From the NCBI GenBank assembly GCA_008632985.1, contig QPGO01000005.1:827607-891606 (forward strand): a DNA stretch of 64,000 nucleotides, written 5' to 3'. The position numbers were made by a program, and so were the translations under genes. Of this stretch, positions 11,665-24,325 are shown in pieces (the first letter of the stretch is position 1; each line of letters opens with the position of its first letter). This DNA is from Psammoneis japonica. Lineage: Eukaryota. The notes under the pieces were generated by a model. That model did not search any database. It was not told the DNA's origin and saw only the letters and a list, made by a program, of their open reading frames with translations.

Positions 11665-13598
11665 TTATTTGCCCAGAAATTCACCAATCATTGCAAATGC
11701 AACAGATGTGATTGCCAAGCTCAGGAGTGCATACAATGCTATCGTTTCTGTGCGTTTTGCAGTAATAAACCCCATGTACACGGACATCGAGCCCTCGTAT
11801 TCGTATTCGAGTACCGTGTGGAGTGCAAGCAGTAGCGGAAGGATGAAAGCAATAATAATACTCCTCCCCATGACAACATTTCAGTCACGTCTTGATAGAG
11901 AATCCATGAACATCCCCATGGAAAGAACACGGCAAGCAAATTTCCGACACCTTGAGAGCAAAGGCCACTCCCTGTAAGATTCAACCTTGTGAGCACACTA
12001 CAGAAATTAGAGCCGTGCAATCATATGAGATTCACCTAGGTATAAAACAGCACAGCGTTAGAGCAAGGTGGAATAGACATACCTGAATAAAGGACTACCG
12101 AGACCGACGATGAAAAAGGCGAAGACGGAAGCACCTATTGCCATGGTTGTTCCAAACACGCCGCTCATCATGGACTCTAGCATGTTATCAGATACATTTG
12201 GAATAGATAAAGCTCCAGTGACTCCAATGACAATGTAAAGGAGTGCCGAGAGAATTGAAGAACCATGAACCACTATGTTTGAGAGTCAAGGAAGTTACAA
12301 CACTTTAGTCGAACACGAATAATCCAGAAGTCGGCACTCGGACAAAACCAACTACAACCCAATCTCTTACCTTTCGGAACGTCGACATCCGGCTTCTTCT
12401 CGTACAACCAAGCCGGGATCGCAATAACTAACGCGAAGTTGAACAAGACTACGCCAAAAAGTTCATCCCAGCTGTTACCCCAAAGTGGAAGTCTGCGAAA
12501 ATCTATTCCGTTCAATAGAAACTGAGCTGTGAACTGCACGATGTTGGCCAACAAAACAAGGAATGCGACTACTTGAAATGATGCATTCTCCTGTGACAAA
12601 GCATTAGTCACGGTTGAGGGGGTGGAATCGCTGATCATTCATTCGCAATTACTGGATACGAATTGAAGGATAAAACGCTTACCTTGAGATCCATCAGAGC
12701 CAAGGGAAGGAGAAGCGTCGCCGAAACGATGTAGCCAAGAGTCAAGATGAAACCACTCGTATTCTTGAAGGGGATACAATCTCCATTGATGATTTCTTCG
12801 TGTCGGCACATACCCGCGTCCCAATGCACTATATGAAACGCGTCGCTCCCAAATATCTGAACGCCAACCGAGCCTCCCGGAACATGATGCCCAAAAAAGG
12901 TATCGACAACTTGAGACGTGTCTATAATGGACGATATATTAAGACATGTGATGCAACAAAAGAAAAATATTTCCGTAATCACAAACCACTTCTCGCCCCA
13001 GAAAAGCTTAAACGCTTCGCTGTATTCAATCTAGTCATGAAGAATCGACACAAATTTATAGTTTTAGCCGTCCAGAACCACACAAGCAATCAACAAACAT
13101 AACGAAACAATATTACATGTACATCTAGTTTTCTCACCTCTCTGTGAAAGTTCTGGTTTCCGGGAACCTTTGAAATGACATCGGCCATGTTGAGGGAACA
13201 AAGCGCAGAAAGCACGCAGACAAAGAGTAGGGTAGCAACGGTGGGAATCAATCCGGAACGTTGAAACGTTGCGGGCAAACTCAGCATGGCAGGACCTGTT
13301 AATGAATTCACTGCTATTGCCATGCTTCCCCACATGCCAATGGTACCTTCTCGCAAAGAAATAGGGGACAAAAACAAGACGGAGTTTAGCAGGCTGGCTG
13401 GTTCTGGATTCAAACAGAGTATCGTCAGTACCTACCACGATGCTTTGAAACACTAGTAGAAGCGTGCTGAGTTTCAATGTCGAGACCATCAACTGGCTCT
13501 TGGCTCCCATAACCCCTTGCCCTGTGACAGGAGTGAAGGTGAAGCGGAGTAAGCTCTGTCGTCGAATCATCTACATCTCTTGGGTGCGGAGGAGACAT
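11665..13598 (-). CDS. Amino acid transporter (Aa_trans/APC-like), multi-exon; start inferred
   Basis: Hydrophobic exons GTIGMWGSMAIAVNSLTGPAMLSLPATFQRSG, LFGVVLFNFALVIAIPAW and VSDNMLESM, separated by GT-AG introns. First exon read as MSPPHPRDVDD... Confidence 0.85.
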
Positions 13599-13714
13599 TC
13601 TCTTTCCCCTGTTGTTGCTTCACATGCAGTAGCAAAACGGGACTTCCAATCAATGTGGGACTGCCCATGATAGATTTGCAGGAAAGACACCAACAGCTTG
13701 ACTGCAACGTGTTT

Positions 13715-13743
13715 CTGCTGTTGCTGCTGCTGCTGCTGCTGCT
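13715..13743. repeat. (CTG)n microsatellite upstream of the transporter
   Basis: Visible trinucleotide run. Confidence 0.8.
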
Positions 13744-13941
13744 TCAGGTTTCCCAAAGATTGAAAGATGCTCTGCGCCGCGCCAAGCGTTGGCGGGCGCG
13801 GAAGCACGAATGAAAGCGGGATTGGCCATCGATGCGAGTTACCATGGTACCGACGGCGGACAGAAGATCGTCATGCGTCAGCAGCCGAAAGTGAGACATT
13901 TCATTTATGCAGGCGACGCACCAATCGTAAGTCAGTAAAAT

Positions 13942-14130
13942 TGACGTGTCGCTCTGACACGTCACATTTTCTCATATGAAAACGGCAGTTTGTTGGGCGA
14001 AGGAAAAAACCAAGCGAAGGCGGGAAGGCAGGAAGGCGAAAGAACAACAACGTCAGTTGTGCGAGCCCGCAATAAAAACCATTGGGAGAAACAAGCCAGA
14101 GGAATGGCGGACGTGTCACATCTTACGTCA
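13942..14130. promoter_or_regulatory. Cluster of four TGACGT/ACGTCA (bZIP-type) motifs in a divergent promoter
   Basis: Motifs at 13942, 13959, 14050 and 14125; function is inferred only. Confidence 0.4.
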
Positions 14131-14261
14131 CGCGTCATGCAGGATTCAAAATTGCCGAATCTCACGTCGTTGATGCGATTTCTGCTATCATTTTCTTCGT
14201 TGTTCGCTCCAACATACGAATAAAACAAATCGTTGCGATTATTATTTGTGATACGAATGCA

Positions 14262-14894
14262 ATGGTCGAGGCACGCCAAGATAGCCGTGCATCTCCGATG
14301 CTGCCTTGCAGAGTGAACCACCGCGGTGATTCCGAACAGTTGTGTTTGGAAACTCTCATGATCCCGAGGAACATGCGGGGCGCAGATTGTCGTTTGTCCA
14401 AGGTTGCCCCTCGTTGCGAGCAACCGGTGTTTTCATTCAAGAAACGCCATAGAGAAGCAAACAACGTGATCATTGACCGACGTACAGGCACTGCCTCCGA
14501 TAAGATCCCCGTCTTTCGAGTGGGTCCACTTCCTCCAGCTCCCCGCCTGCCTTCCATGAAGCCCTGCCCGCACCGAATGCCACTCTTGTTCCCAAACCGA
14601 CCTGCGCATGACGAGACACATCAACATGCCAGAAAGAAGAGAAAGATGCGCCATAGAAGAGTGACCAGTACGACGTACACGAGCGCCGTACTCTGCGAAC
14701 GAGATGATTGCATGTCAGACGCAGCCGCCATTCTCGCGGAGATGGCTCTACTTGAGGAAGTGAAAAGCACGCAACGGACAACCAAACCAACTTTCCAGCC
14801 TTTACGTCACCCGTTTTGCCGCTTCTCAACAAAGCAAACAACAGCTTCCTTTCGCAAGTACAAGACAAAGGAACCTATGCATGGTTTCAAATAG
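14262..14894 (+). CDS. Hypothetical protein
   Basis: ORF of about 210 aa in a normal-composition island, divergent from the transporter; no domain recognised. Confidence 0.5.
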   Translation: MVEARQDSRASPMLPCRVNHRGDSEQLCLETLMIPRNMRGADCRLSKVAPRCEQPVFSFKKRHREANNVIIDRRTGTASDKIPVFRVGPLPPAPRLPSMKPCPHRMPLLFPNRPAHDETHQHARKKRKMRHRRVTSTTYTSAVLCERDDCMSDAAAILAEMALLEEVKSTQRTTKPTFQPLRHPFCRFSTKQTTASFRKYKTKEPMHGFK

Positions 14895-15077
14895 GATGTG
14901 AACTGAAAATATTAGGCCTATAGTTGTTGCAGTCAAGCTGCGTGATTGTCGTTACCCCTTACGAGTTCACCCCTTTTCATGTAATCGACAGTAGAGAGTG
15001 TAACCCACTGTCCCTTGTCCGCAATTATCGAACCGTCGAATACTTGGCTAACTCCAAAAATGCTCGTTTCTTGGACT

Positions 15078-16187
15078 TCATTCAAGATCCAGACTTACTC
15101 TCTTTGGTCGCTTCCTTCGTTTTGAGTTGTCCGAATCTGTTTCCAACAAACAGCCCCAGCCGTCATCATCTTGGGGCAGTTTATCTAGGTCATCCAGATT
15201 AAACGGTTTTCCAAGTAGGGCAAACATCTCTTGCAGTTTACCTGGATCATCTGAAATGATGTGGACTTCCTCTTGGTGAGAGAACGCCGGGCGAACCTCG
15301 GTCAGAACGGGGGTGTAGTCGAAGATGTCTTTTAGTGAGAGCTCATCCAGACCCAACAAAATAGCCTTCTTTTTCTTGTCTCCCTTTGATTCGGAACGCT
15401 TTGTCTTGTCATGACTCTCAGGAGGCGTACTCTCGATTGTCTTACGCATCGGAGAAGGGCTGCTCATTGGGGTTGATGGCACTTGTACCTCTTGGACTTC
15501 CTTTCGTCTACGATTTGGAGTTGCTGGTCCTTGTATCTCGTCTACACCCTTTTTCACAGATTCAATGCTATCATCCATGTTTGCGCAAACAATCTGAGAG
15601 CAGAAACTACCATCATCCAAGGACACACCCATCAAATGTGAAATTTCAGATTCAAGAAGTGTACCAAGCGATGATTCTTCGAGACTTATCAAAGGCTCGT
15701 CTAACGCCGGCATGTCGTAAAAGTTCGGCGTGGGGACATCCAAATCAGAAGTCGAAGCTTTCGATCCTTTCGCTTCGGTGCGCGCAATACCATCACTCAG
15801 CAATGGCTGTCCTCTAAGAAACAAATTGTGATAATATGCGCCCTTATCTGGGCCATCTTGAACTCTGTTGAATCCATAAAGATTCAGCTGCTTCTGAAAC
15901 GACGACCAACTGCATTGACGAAACACCTTGGGCATACAATTGAGAACAAACTCTCGGGCTTTATGCACGCGGAAGCATCGACCATGAGGCTGCCATGACA
16001 CCACATCAGTGTAATCCTTTTGTTCTGCGTCTTTGAGTAGCATGTGCAGAACTCGTGGGAATGCAATGGGTGGTTGTGATTCCGAAGAAATGTCGTCAAC
16101 AGCGACCTCTAGATCTTGAAGAATCTCAAGAGAAGAATCCGTGAGGTAGCCTGCTTCATCCGAGGAGGAAGTTTCCGTAGAAGACAT
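15078..16187 (-). CDS. Heat shock transcription factor (HSF DNA-binding domain)
   Basis: FPRVLHMLL...VVSWQPHGRCFRVH...SFQKQLNLYGFNR...YYHNLFLRG. Confidence 0.93.
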   Translation of the reverse strand: MSSTETSSSDEAGYLTDSSLEILQDLEVAVDDISSESQPPIAFPRVLHMLLKDAEQKDYTDVVSWQPHGRCFRVHKAREFVLNCMPKVFRQCSWSSFQKQLNLYGFNRVQDGPDKGAYYHNLFLRGQPLLSDGIARTEAKGSKASTSDLDVPTPNFYDMPALDEPLISLEESSLGTLLESEISHLMGVSLDDGSFCSQIVCANMDDSIESVKKGVDEIQGPATPNRRRKEVQEVQVPSTPMSSPSPMRKTIESTPPESHDKTKRSESKGDKKKKAILLGLDELSLKDIFDYTPVLTEVRPAFSHQEEVHIISDDPGKLQEMFALLGKPFNLDDLDKLPQDDDGWGCLLETDSDNSKRRKRPKRVSLDLE

Positions 16188-16659
16188 TATCTCTCCCCTG
16201 ATAAAGCTGTTGTTGTGACAAGGACCAGAGCTTACTCGAAGAGGGACAACACGAGAACTTGGTGATCGCTGAGATTGAGATATACGGTGCCCCGAGCCTT
16301 GTGGGCAAAGCTTGATGGACGATTCTCTATTTCGCGGGTTTCTTCTTGTTGGGATGTGCAGTGAAACATGCATGACATGTCGCTCGCCTTGCTCCGGACA
16401 ACTCGATAAAGAAATGACTTAATGTTCGAAATTATGTCCTGTTGAATACATAAAGGAGAACAATTATATGGACTTCTCTAAATATCCAAGTTGTTAAGTG
16501 ATGTTAGGAGGACTGCTGGTTTTCGATCTATCTGTTAATTAGCTCCGACATTTTATTTCGCAAAGACAGCCAATTTGGTTGATGGCTCACTTCTCATAAC
16601 CTACATAGTTATATATGATAATATTGACTTATAAACTTATTATGTATGCAGAAATAGCA

Positions 16660-19600
16660 TGTCAAGCAGCCTTGTTTCCGTTTCCAACGCATGCATGTTG
16701 GGAGTGATCTGGGTCCATCGGCTTACCCAGCCATGCTGCTTCCAGCACATGCACCATCTGGCATGCAGTCCATTGACGATGAGGAGGAGGATGGGGAGGA
16801 CCCTGAGAAGATTGAAGATTGCTGATGAGTGCTTCTTCTTTTGGCCAAAGATTCTGCCACTGCCTCGGGTGGGCCACACTCCAATGTCCAATGGCGGGTC
16901 GCTGTTGTGCTGCTGCCTCTCAATGATGCACAGACAAAGTGCAAAAATGTTCAGTGTCTCAGCACAAGAGTCCCAGGTTGTGGTTGCCAAGACCCCCAGG
17001 GCTCACACACTTGGACCCCAACTTGCTGAAATTTGTGCATTTTGGGGGGGGCTGGAGCAAGTTTTCTTTTTTTTTCACTCTCATGTCCCAAGTTGCAAGC
17101 AACTGCACTTCCTCCAGCAACAACTGCAAGCCTGTTGTTGACCAGCACAGATGACCTCATCAAGGCTCTGTGTGGTTTTTTGTCAGGCACTCTGCCTCTG
17201 CCTGTGGCCGCCTGTGCACATTCTGGGAGTGTGGTCTGCTGCACCCTGTCACATCACCGCGTGCTTGCTTCAGCCCCAGCAGCCAGGGTGTGTTTCAGCC
17301 TGGGCATCTTGCCTGCTGACATGTCTGTGGATGACATGATGCTCCACAGCCCAAAAGAAGGTGTCGCCCATGGAAGCTTGGCTGCTGTTGTCAACAACAA
17401 CTGTCCCTTGCACCACACGTCACCATTGACTTTGCTGGTTGCTTTGCTGCTCTTGCTGACGGCGCTCTTTTCTCATGGCTCTGACTCAAAAATGCCAGCT
17501 CACACTAAGATGCATCTTTGAGAACCAAATGTGTGGCAATGACTTGCCCAGCGCGTGCTTCTGATTCTGGATTCTGTGTCCATGCACTGCGGTGCTTCAC
17601 ACTGCTGCAAGACAATGGCAGCAAAATTGGGGCTCTCTGCCTGTTTGCAACGATGTGAGCAGTGATCTTCTGCAACAAGTGTGTGTTTGTTGCAAGGAAG
17701 CTCAGAGGGTGATCCACACAAGAGAGGACTTTTGCTGCAATCTGATGTGCTCCCCAAGAGCAGCAAGCTCCTTTGTGTTAAAATGTTGCTGTGCCCTGGT
17801 GTGCAGGATTGACCAACAGCTGCCCTGAGCATCAAGAGCATCAAGGACTTTCTGTGGCTGCATGCATGTGTTGTGTGTCTTTGACATCAGCTCCTCTCTT
17901 GATGACCCCAGAGAAGCTGACCATTTTCATCAAGAATGCTGAGCCCCCCTCCCAACTTTTTCTCTCAATCAAGTTGGTTTGCTCTGCCAGCATGCTGATG
18001 CCCAGATTGTTGAGGTGTCATTCTCTGCTCTCTTTTGCCAGGCAGACAGCTTGCAATTCCAGGGGCAATCAACCACTTTGTTCTTTTGGCTCTTGCTTCC
18101 AAAATTGGGGCTGATGCAACACAACAATGCCGGGCATCTTTGAACCTTGCCCCCTTGAACAGCTCTCTCACCACCATCCTTTGAGCATCCACCTCCTTTT
18201 CTGGCAAGGTCTCTGTTGATTTTTGAGACAGCAATGGTGGGTGGTGCACTCCCAGCTGGATGCTGCTGGCACACCTCTCTGTCTTGTGCACCAGCAAACA
18301 TGATCTTCTTTGCCACAAGGAGGCCGGGAGCTCACAGAGCAAGCAAACAAGACAAAACTGGCTCTCAAAGCAGAAGCCAACATTGTCACATCTCATGCAC
18401 AACAGGGTCAATCAATGTGCATCCCTGCTGAAACTCTCATGATTGTGTGTTTCTGTTTGGACTTGCTGCCATCCTCTGTTCCAAGCTGCCCTGATTGGTG
18501 AATGAGCTCCACTCCACAGCAACAGTGTTTGGCCCAAGGATTGCTCTGTGCACTGCATGCTCAAGTTTTGCAAGCTTTTGGCATCTGCAAGTTTGCTGTG
18601 TGACATTGCCCATGTTGTCATCTCTGCTTGTCAGCCAAGCCAAGGCATGACTGTGCGAGGCATGCTGTTCAGTGGAAAGTCTGTTTGTCTTGGACCTGCC
18701 CTTGATGCCCCCACAGCCACATGCATCTCTTGACAATTTGACTGCATGTGTTGGAAACAGGGTGAGTGCCCCCCCCCCTGTGGAAGAACAGTTGCTTGAT
18801 GGCCAGAACCTTGATGCATGCCAGGCTCATCAGCCTTCTGGACAGCATCACATTGGAAAAAGTTGAGGATTTCCACACGCACTGCACACACTCAAATGTC
18901 ATGTTTGGGTGTGAGATTCTGGCTGTGCTGGCACCCAAGCCAATTTAAAATTTCCTGGGGCCTGGGTTCTGCTGCAACTGCTCTTTGAATGTGGCATCTG
19001 TTGCACACACCGTTGTGCACTCAAATGTGTCTCCTGCTGTGAGAGCTTTTGTGGATTTGATGCAGAGAGCAAAAAAGATCAGCTGCAGCATCAAGTTTGC
19101 TGGCCCAGTGTGAGGCCCCCAACCTGTGCAGTGACACAAGTGCAGCAGCAGCAGCAGCAGCAGCACAATTTGCAGAGCAGCTCATCATGCTTTTCTTGTG
19201 ACAAGTGCAGCACCCCAAAATTTGTCTGTTGGGGTGGTTCATGTCAAATGCAGGGGCACAACCTTTTTTCTAAAAAAGATGTCCCCCTTGTCCATTCAAG
19301 CAATTTGCTCACTTGCCCAAAGCACCCATGTGACAACACAGAGAAAAGATGTCACAGCCTGCCAGCACAAGAGCATGCAAGACAAAAAATGTGTCAAATG
19401 CAAATTCAATGAAAACAACAGATTTTCCATCATTGAAGCCAACACCACCAGCAATGCATTTGGCACAATCATGCTGCTCTGCTGCAGCACCCTCATCACA
19501 AGCTTTGGTTTTGTAAAAGTGGGCTGCTGGTGAACAAGTTGACAGCCAAGTTCATTGTGCAGAAGCACAAGATCTTTGAGATCTTTGGGAAGGTCAGGCT

Positions 19601-21230
19601 TCTCATGATGCAGTTGACTGCTGTCACCCAGATCTTGCATGCTGCTGTTGATGATGGCCTCTTGCGGATTTGGCGCTGGGCTTTGCACGGCAATGATGCC
19701 CCCTTTCATCACAAACATCTGCCAGGGCATTGTCGCTGTGCAGAGCTTGCCACATCAGTTGGACACCTGGTCAGATGACACCAGGAGTGCTGCAGTGCTC
19801 CTTGATGGGCTCCCAAAGCTTTTGAGCAAGAAGTTGTTCTCAGAACAAAGAACACTGCTGGCCAACCATTGTTTTTTGAGCCTTGCTCTAGGTTGATCTC
19901 AGGTGGCTTGCTGTCAGCCCACACCACCCAAAAGCTGCAACAACAACGACCCAAAACACATCTGAGCCAAAGCAGCAATGGCACCAAGGGCTGGCTTGCT
20001 GGGCATGTGCAAAGCCAGGGCCAGCCCCAGAAGATTTTGGCTTGGCTCTGGAAGCTTCAGCCATCAAATGGAGCTGCCAAAGCAAAGAGAGCAGGTTGCA
20101 CCAATCTGCAATCTTTTTGCTTTTTGTGCAATGTGCATGTTTGCACAGCCTTGTTTTTCATGCAGCACACTCTTTTTAGCCCCGGCATGTGCTTGAATTT
20201 TGATCTTGGACAAGAAAAGAAGTTTGGCATTGACATGGTCCTGTTGGAAGATTTTGGGGAACTCCTGTTTTTTTTTCTAAAGAAAAATGACTTGTCATGG
20301 CTGGGAACCCCCACAAAAGCACAAGTTGATGGTGTTTCTTGCACCAGAACTGCAACATCGTGATGATGACAACAACCCAGAATTTCAAAAAAGTTGCACA
20401 GTGGAGCATTTTTCTTGCAATGAGCACCCTTTCACAGATGCCAGGAGCTTCCTCCTTTGGCTGTTGCACCCCCAATGAGGCTGATTGGCAGCTTGGGTCA
20501 GCAAGAGTGCATTGTGCTCAGAAGCACAAGCAGGTCCATGTCACATGTGAAGGTGTCATGTGGCAAAAACAGTGGAGCATTTTTTTGCAATGGGCACCCT
20601 TGCATGGATGCCAGAGCCCTCCTCTTTTGGTTGTTTCATGCCCCCAATGAGGCCGATTGGCAGCTGGGGTCAGCAAGCACACACCATGCTCAGGAGCACA
20701 GGTGTGGGTTCATGTCGTTGCAATGGGCACCCTTGCGCAGATGCCGGAGCCCTCTTCCTTTTGCACTCGGTCATTGGAAATGCTTGAGAGGAGCCACAAT
20801 GCCAGCCCGGCACCATCATCTTGTGTCAGTGGAAGACTCCCTGCCGCCATGGGATTTTGAGTGGTCTGCAAGGTTTGTCCGAGTCTCTGCATGCATTTCT
20901 GACATGGTGCTTCATTGGTCAAGGGTTCCCATGAGTCATCAGAACGCTGTTGTGCATCATGCAATTGAGGCCACTGTGCAAAATTCTGTCACAAGAGGAA
21001 GAAACTGCACACCAGGGTTCTTAGCGTCATCAGCCAAAACATTGGTTGTTGTTGTCACGGACATGCCAGCACCTGTGATTGTCCATCTTTTTCCCTCCTG
21101 CTTTACGAGCCATCAAATCCGCCACGGTCGCGGTTTGGCATGGTGCGAGTTTTGTTGGCTGTGTCACGTGATTTCTTGCTTGCGAGCTTTTGGGCCCTGT
21201 CAATCGGCATGTCAGGTTCAACAGAAGATG
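16660..21230. other. TpA- and CpG-depleted degenerate repeat domain, family unidentified
   Basis: Very few TA or CG dinucleotides and TG/CA-rich; many Tyr-free spurious ORFs; internal imperfect repeats of 150-170 bp at 20395-20760. Confidence 0.7.
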
Positions 21231-21681
21231 ACATAAATTCCCGATTGATGCTCGCGCTGAGATGTTGTGGTAAACGACCCACAGTGACAGGTGCTGGACC
21301 CAGCGGCCAGAGGTAGACTCATTATGAATATTCACATTCGGCACTAGCAATGACACGGGATCACATTTCTCTGAAGCCACTACCTGCCATCACGAACAGC
21401 CGTTTGGGTAACGAATCCGTCTTTCTGCAATTTTTCGCGACGACCATAAAAGCAGAAGGAGATGTAGAAACTGATCAGAAATACGGCAGAGACGTCTAAT
21501 TTCAACGACCACAGTTTTCTGGAATTATGCAGATGATAACATTGATTCTGTATGTTATGCAAGCAAACCAATACAAAACTGATTTGGTGTACGCTCGTCC
21601 ATCACTCCCCGCGCCACCAAAATCAGTGGCTGTTCTTCACGCAAAGCATGGCAGCACATGTTTACACTCCACCAGTCAACA

Positions 21682-23144
21682 CTAACTCGCAGCAACGGCG
21701 ACATCGTCATCACTGTCTTCCCCTTCGGCGTGTAGGTTGAGGGGATCCAGCTTTGTAGAAGCGTCTCCCATGACTTTCATTGAAGGCGCCGGCTCACCCG
21801 CTGTAAACTGCATCCAGTTCCTCCATTTGTCCCGAGAGGTTCCAATTTCCAAGTTCTCTTCCACACTTGTGTCATACACTTGCTTGTGATCTCTTTCCAA
21901 GATCTCGGCAACAGCTTTGTCTCCTCCGATCCATTGCCCGCGTAAAAAGCCCGTGGCTTCGTCGAGCTTTCCGTCTGGTCTATCCATGGGTTGGAGATTC
22001 TCATCGAGGCGATAAGCAAGTGGGACAGCGCGGGGGATACTGAGATTAATAATATCCTCTTTGGAAATGCCCTCGAGTCGCATAATTATGGATCGGAGGT
22101 TGTTTTCATGGCCAACTACGAGAAGAGTCTTGCCCTCCCGCAATGCAGGAGCAAGTACTTCATCCCAATATACGCTGCTGCGCTGCATGGTGCAGTGTAA
22201 TGACTCGCTTTTTGGGATCTGGTCCAGCATCTGCAGAAAGGAGAATGAAAGATATGAGATTCGTCAGGGAAGGTAAAACAACAAGTGACGAAACAAGGAC
22301 AGCAAAAACTGATCACCTACCATACGATACCGAGGATCACGAGCCGGGTGATAAGGATGATCGTCACTCATGGGAGGCTGAAAAGAAGTCGAAAGTTTGA
22401 CGTTAGCGCCGAAGAAACGGGTGTGACGGTTGCGTGGGAGGTGGGAGCACGTCAAACTTACTGGTGGTTCGTCGAAAGATCGTCTCCATCGCTTGACTTG
22501 ATCCGCGCCGTGTTCTCTGACCACTTCTTTTTTGTTTCTACCCACCAAGTCCCCGTAAGAACGTTCGTTAAGTCGCCACGACTTGACTACAGGAATGTAC
22601 TCTTGTCCCATCTCCATCAATACCATGTTAGTCGTTCGAATGCACCTTCTTAGCAACGAGGTATGCACTTCATCAAAGAGCATACCCGATTTCTGAAGCA
22701 TTTGTCCGGCGACTCGTGCTTCCAACACGCCATCATCGGTAAGAGGCGTGTCCGTCCAACCTATAAATATGTTCTGGCGGTTCCACTAAGATAAAGTAAA
22801 TGGGAGGGGTCAAACAAATAAATTGAACAGGGGATGAACACATCTGTGAGAAAACAAGTCTTGCATTTTCGAACATTAAAACAGAGCCAACTTCATCTTA
22901 CTGTGGACTGTCCGTGGCGAAGGAAACAGAGGTTGAAGGGGGTGCTTCCGTTGAGGCTGGTGAATTTACGCTGCTGGGGTTCTCCGCTCGCTTTCGAGAG
23001 GTGAGTGGCCTGAGAGTGAATTTCTCGTCGGCGAGAAGCACAATCACTACTGCATCCGATCGACGGTAGAACAGCACTGGGAGAGACTCTCTTGCCTCGC
23101 TTCAGCAGCGCTAATGCGTGCTTTCCTGACGATAAAGGGATCAT
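21682..23144 (-). CDS. gpmA: 2,3-bisphosphoglycerate-dependent phosphoglycerate mutase with N-terminal presequence, multi-exon
   Basis: LRHGQS, WRLNERSYGDLVG, QVKRWRRS..PP, SESL, VVGHENNLRS, IPRAVPLAYRLD. Confidence 0.92.
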
Positions 23145-23288
23145 TGGCTATCGATGGCTTTGTTCTTTCGATGTATCTGCAGCTGCTTCCATCGCAGTTG
23201 ACTTGCGAATGTGACCTTATGGAGGGATCGAAAAGAAGCGAGCCATCAACAAACATGTGGGAGAATCCAACTCCATAAGTAAATTGCC

Positions 23289-23459
23289 ACGTCACCTTAC
23301 GTCAGCTCGATGCCAGACTGGACCAACCATGCAAGATCCCAGTACGAAATCTACGGCAACATCTGCTTTTTGGTTCCTTCGCTTCCTGACGTGTGACATT
23401 ATTGATAAATATATAAGAATGAGGACGTTAATTGATATCTTTAGAACATCGAAACGTCA
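23289..23459. promoter_or_regulatory. Cluster of four TGACGT/ACGTCA motifs upstream of the mutase gene
   Basis: Motifs at 23289, 23299, 23387 and 23454. Confidence 0.4.
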
Positions 23460-24050
23460 CCGAACTTTGCTTAAGTGCCCATTTGGGCGACGATCACGCA
23501 CTTTTCACGATTAGAGCAACAGCCATCACACACCCGCTCTCAAAGGAAATCCAATCAGCATGGCTCAAAGTTGGTGCTGCACTCAGTGTGGACATTGCCA
23601 TCATTTGTAAAACATTTTTTGAAGAGAACATTGCCCTCTTGTTTAGAGCAAAACAACAACAACAACCGCGACCCTCTTGTTTGGAGCGCAAAACAACAAC
23701 GACCATGATGCAATCTCCAAAGTCAGAGCCCTGAGCGTCAAAAACAAAGCCAAAAAGCACTGTCATTTGCAATTCTCATGATGCCCACCCAAGAGTGAAA
23801 GCATTGGGGCAAAACATGCTGTTGCTCACAAATGGGGTCCACCCAAGCACAAAGCCAGCAGGCTGCTGCCTCTGTGAAGAAGCAAGATCATGCGGTGCTG
23901 GCCGGCACACTTTCCAGCTCTTTGAAGCCAATGGTGCCTCACTCTCACCACACCAACCACCACTGTGGTGTGATGTGCATCCACCCCAGGCAGGTGAAAA
24001 ACTTTTGAACAAATGACAAGGTTTTTTGTGCTTTTTTGCATGTCGTGTCA

Positions 24051-24325
24051 TGACAGAAAATGAAGGCAAATGGCAAGAATTCAAACAACAACTCCTTGCT
24101 GCTGTCTAAATGCAGATGAGTCTCCGCTCAGAGACTGTTGCAGGAGCCGAAAGACGTGCAAGTCGGTGTAATCGGGCTACTGTCATTGTTCTTGTGAGCC
24201 TTGTGGCTCGAAAGCAAACTACATCGTGCGTGAACGCGCGGAACCAAAGCACACAAAACTGTGCACGGCAAACTAAACAGCGCGCGATGCTTCGCGCGCA
24301 CCTAAATCCTGTTCAAATCCTGTCA
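24051..24325 (-). repeat. Copia 3' LTR
   Basis: Nine substitutions and one indel versus 30716-30991. Confidence 0.95.
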
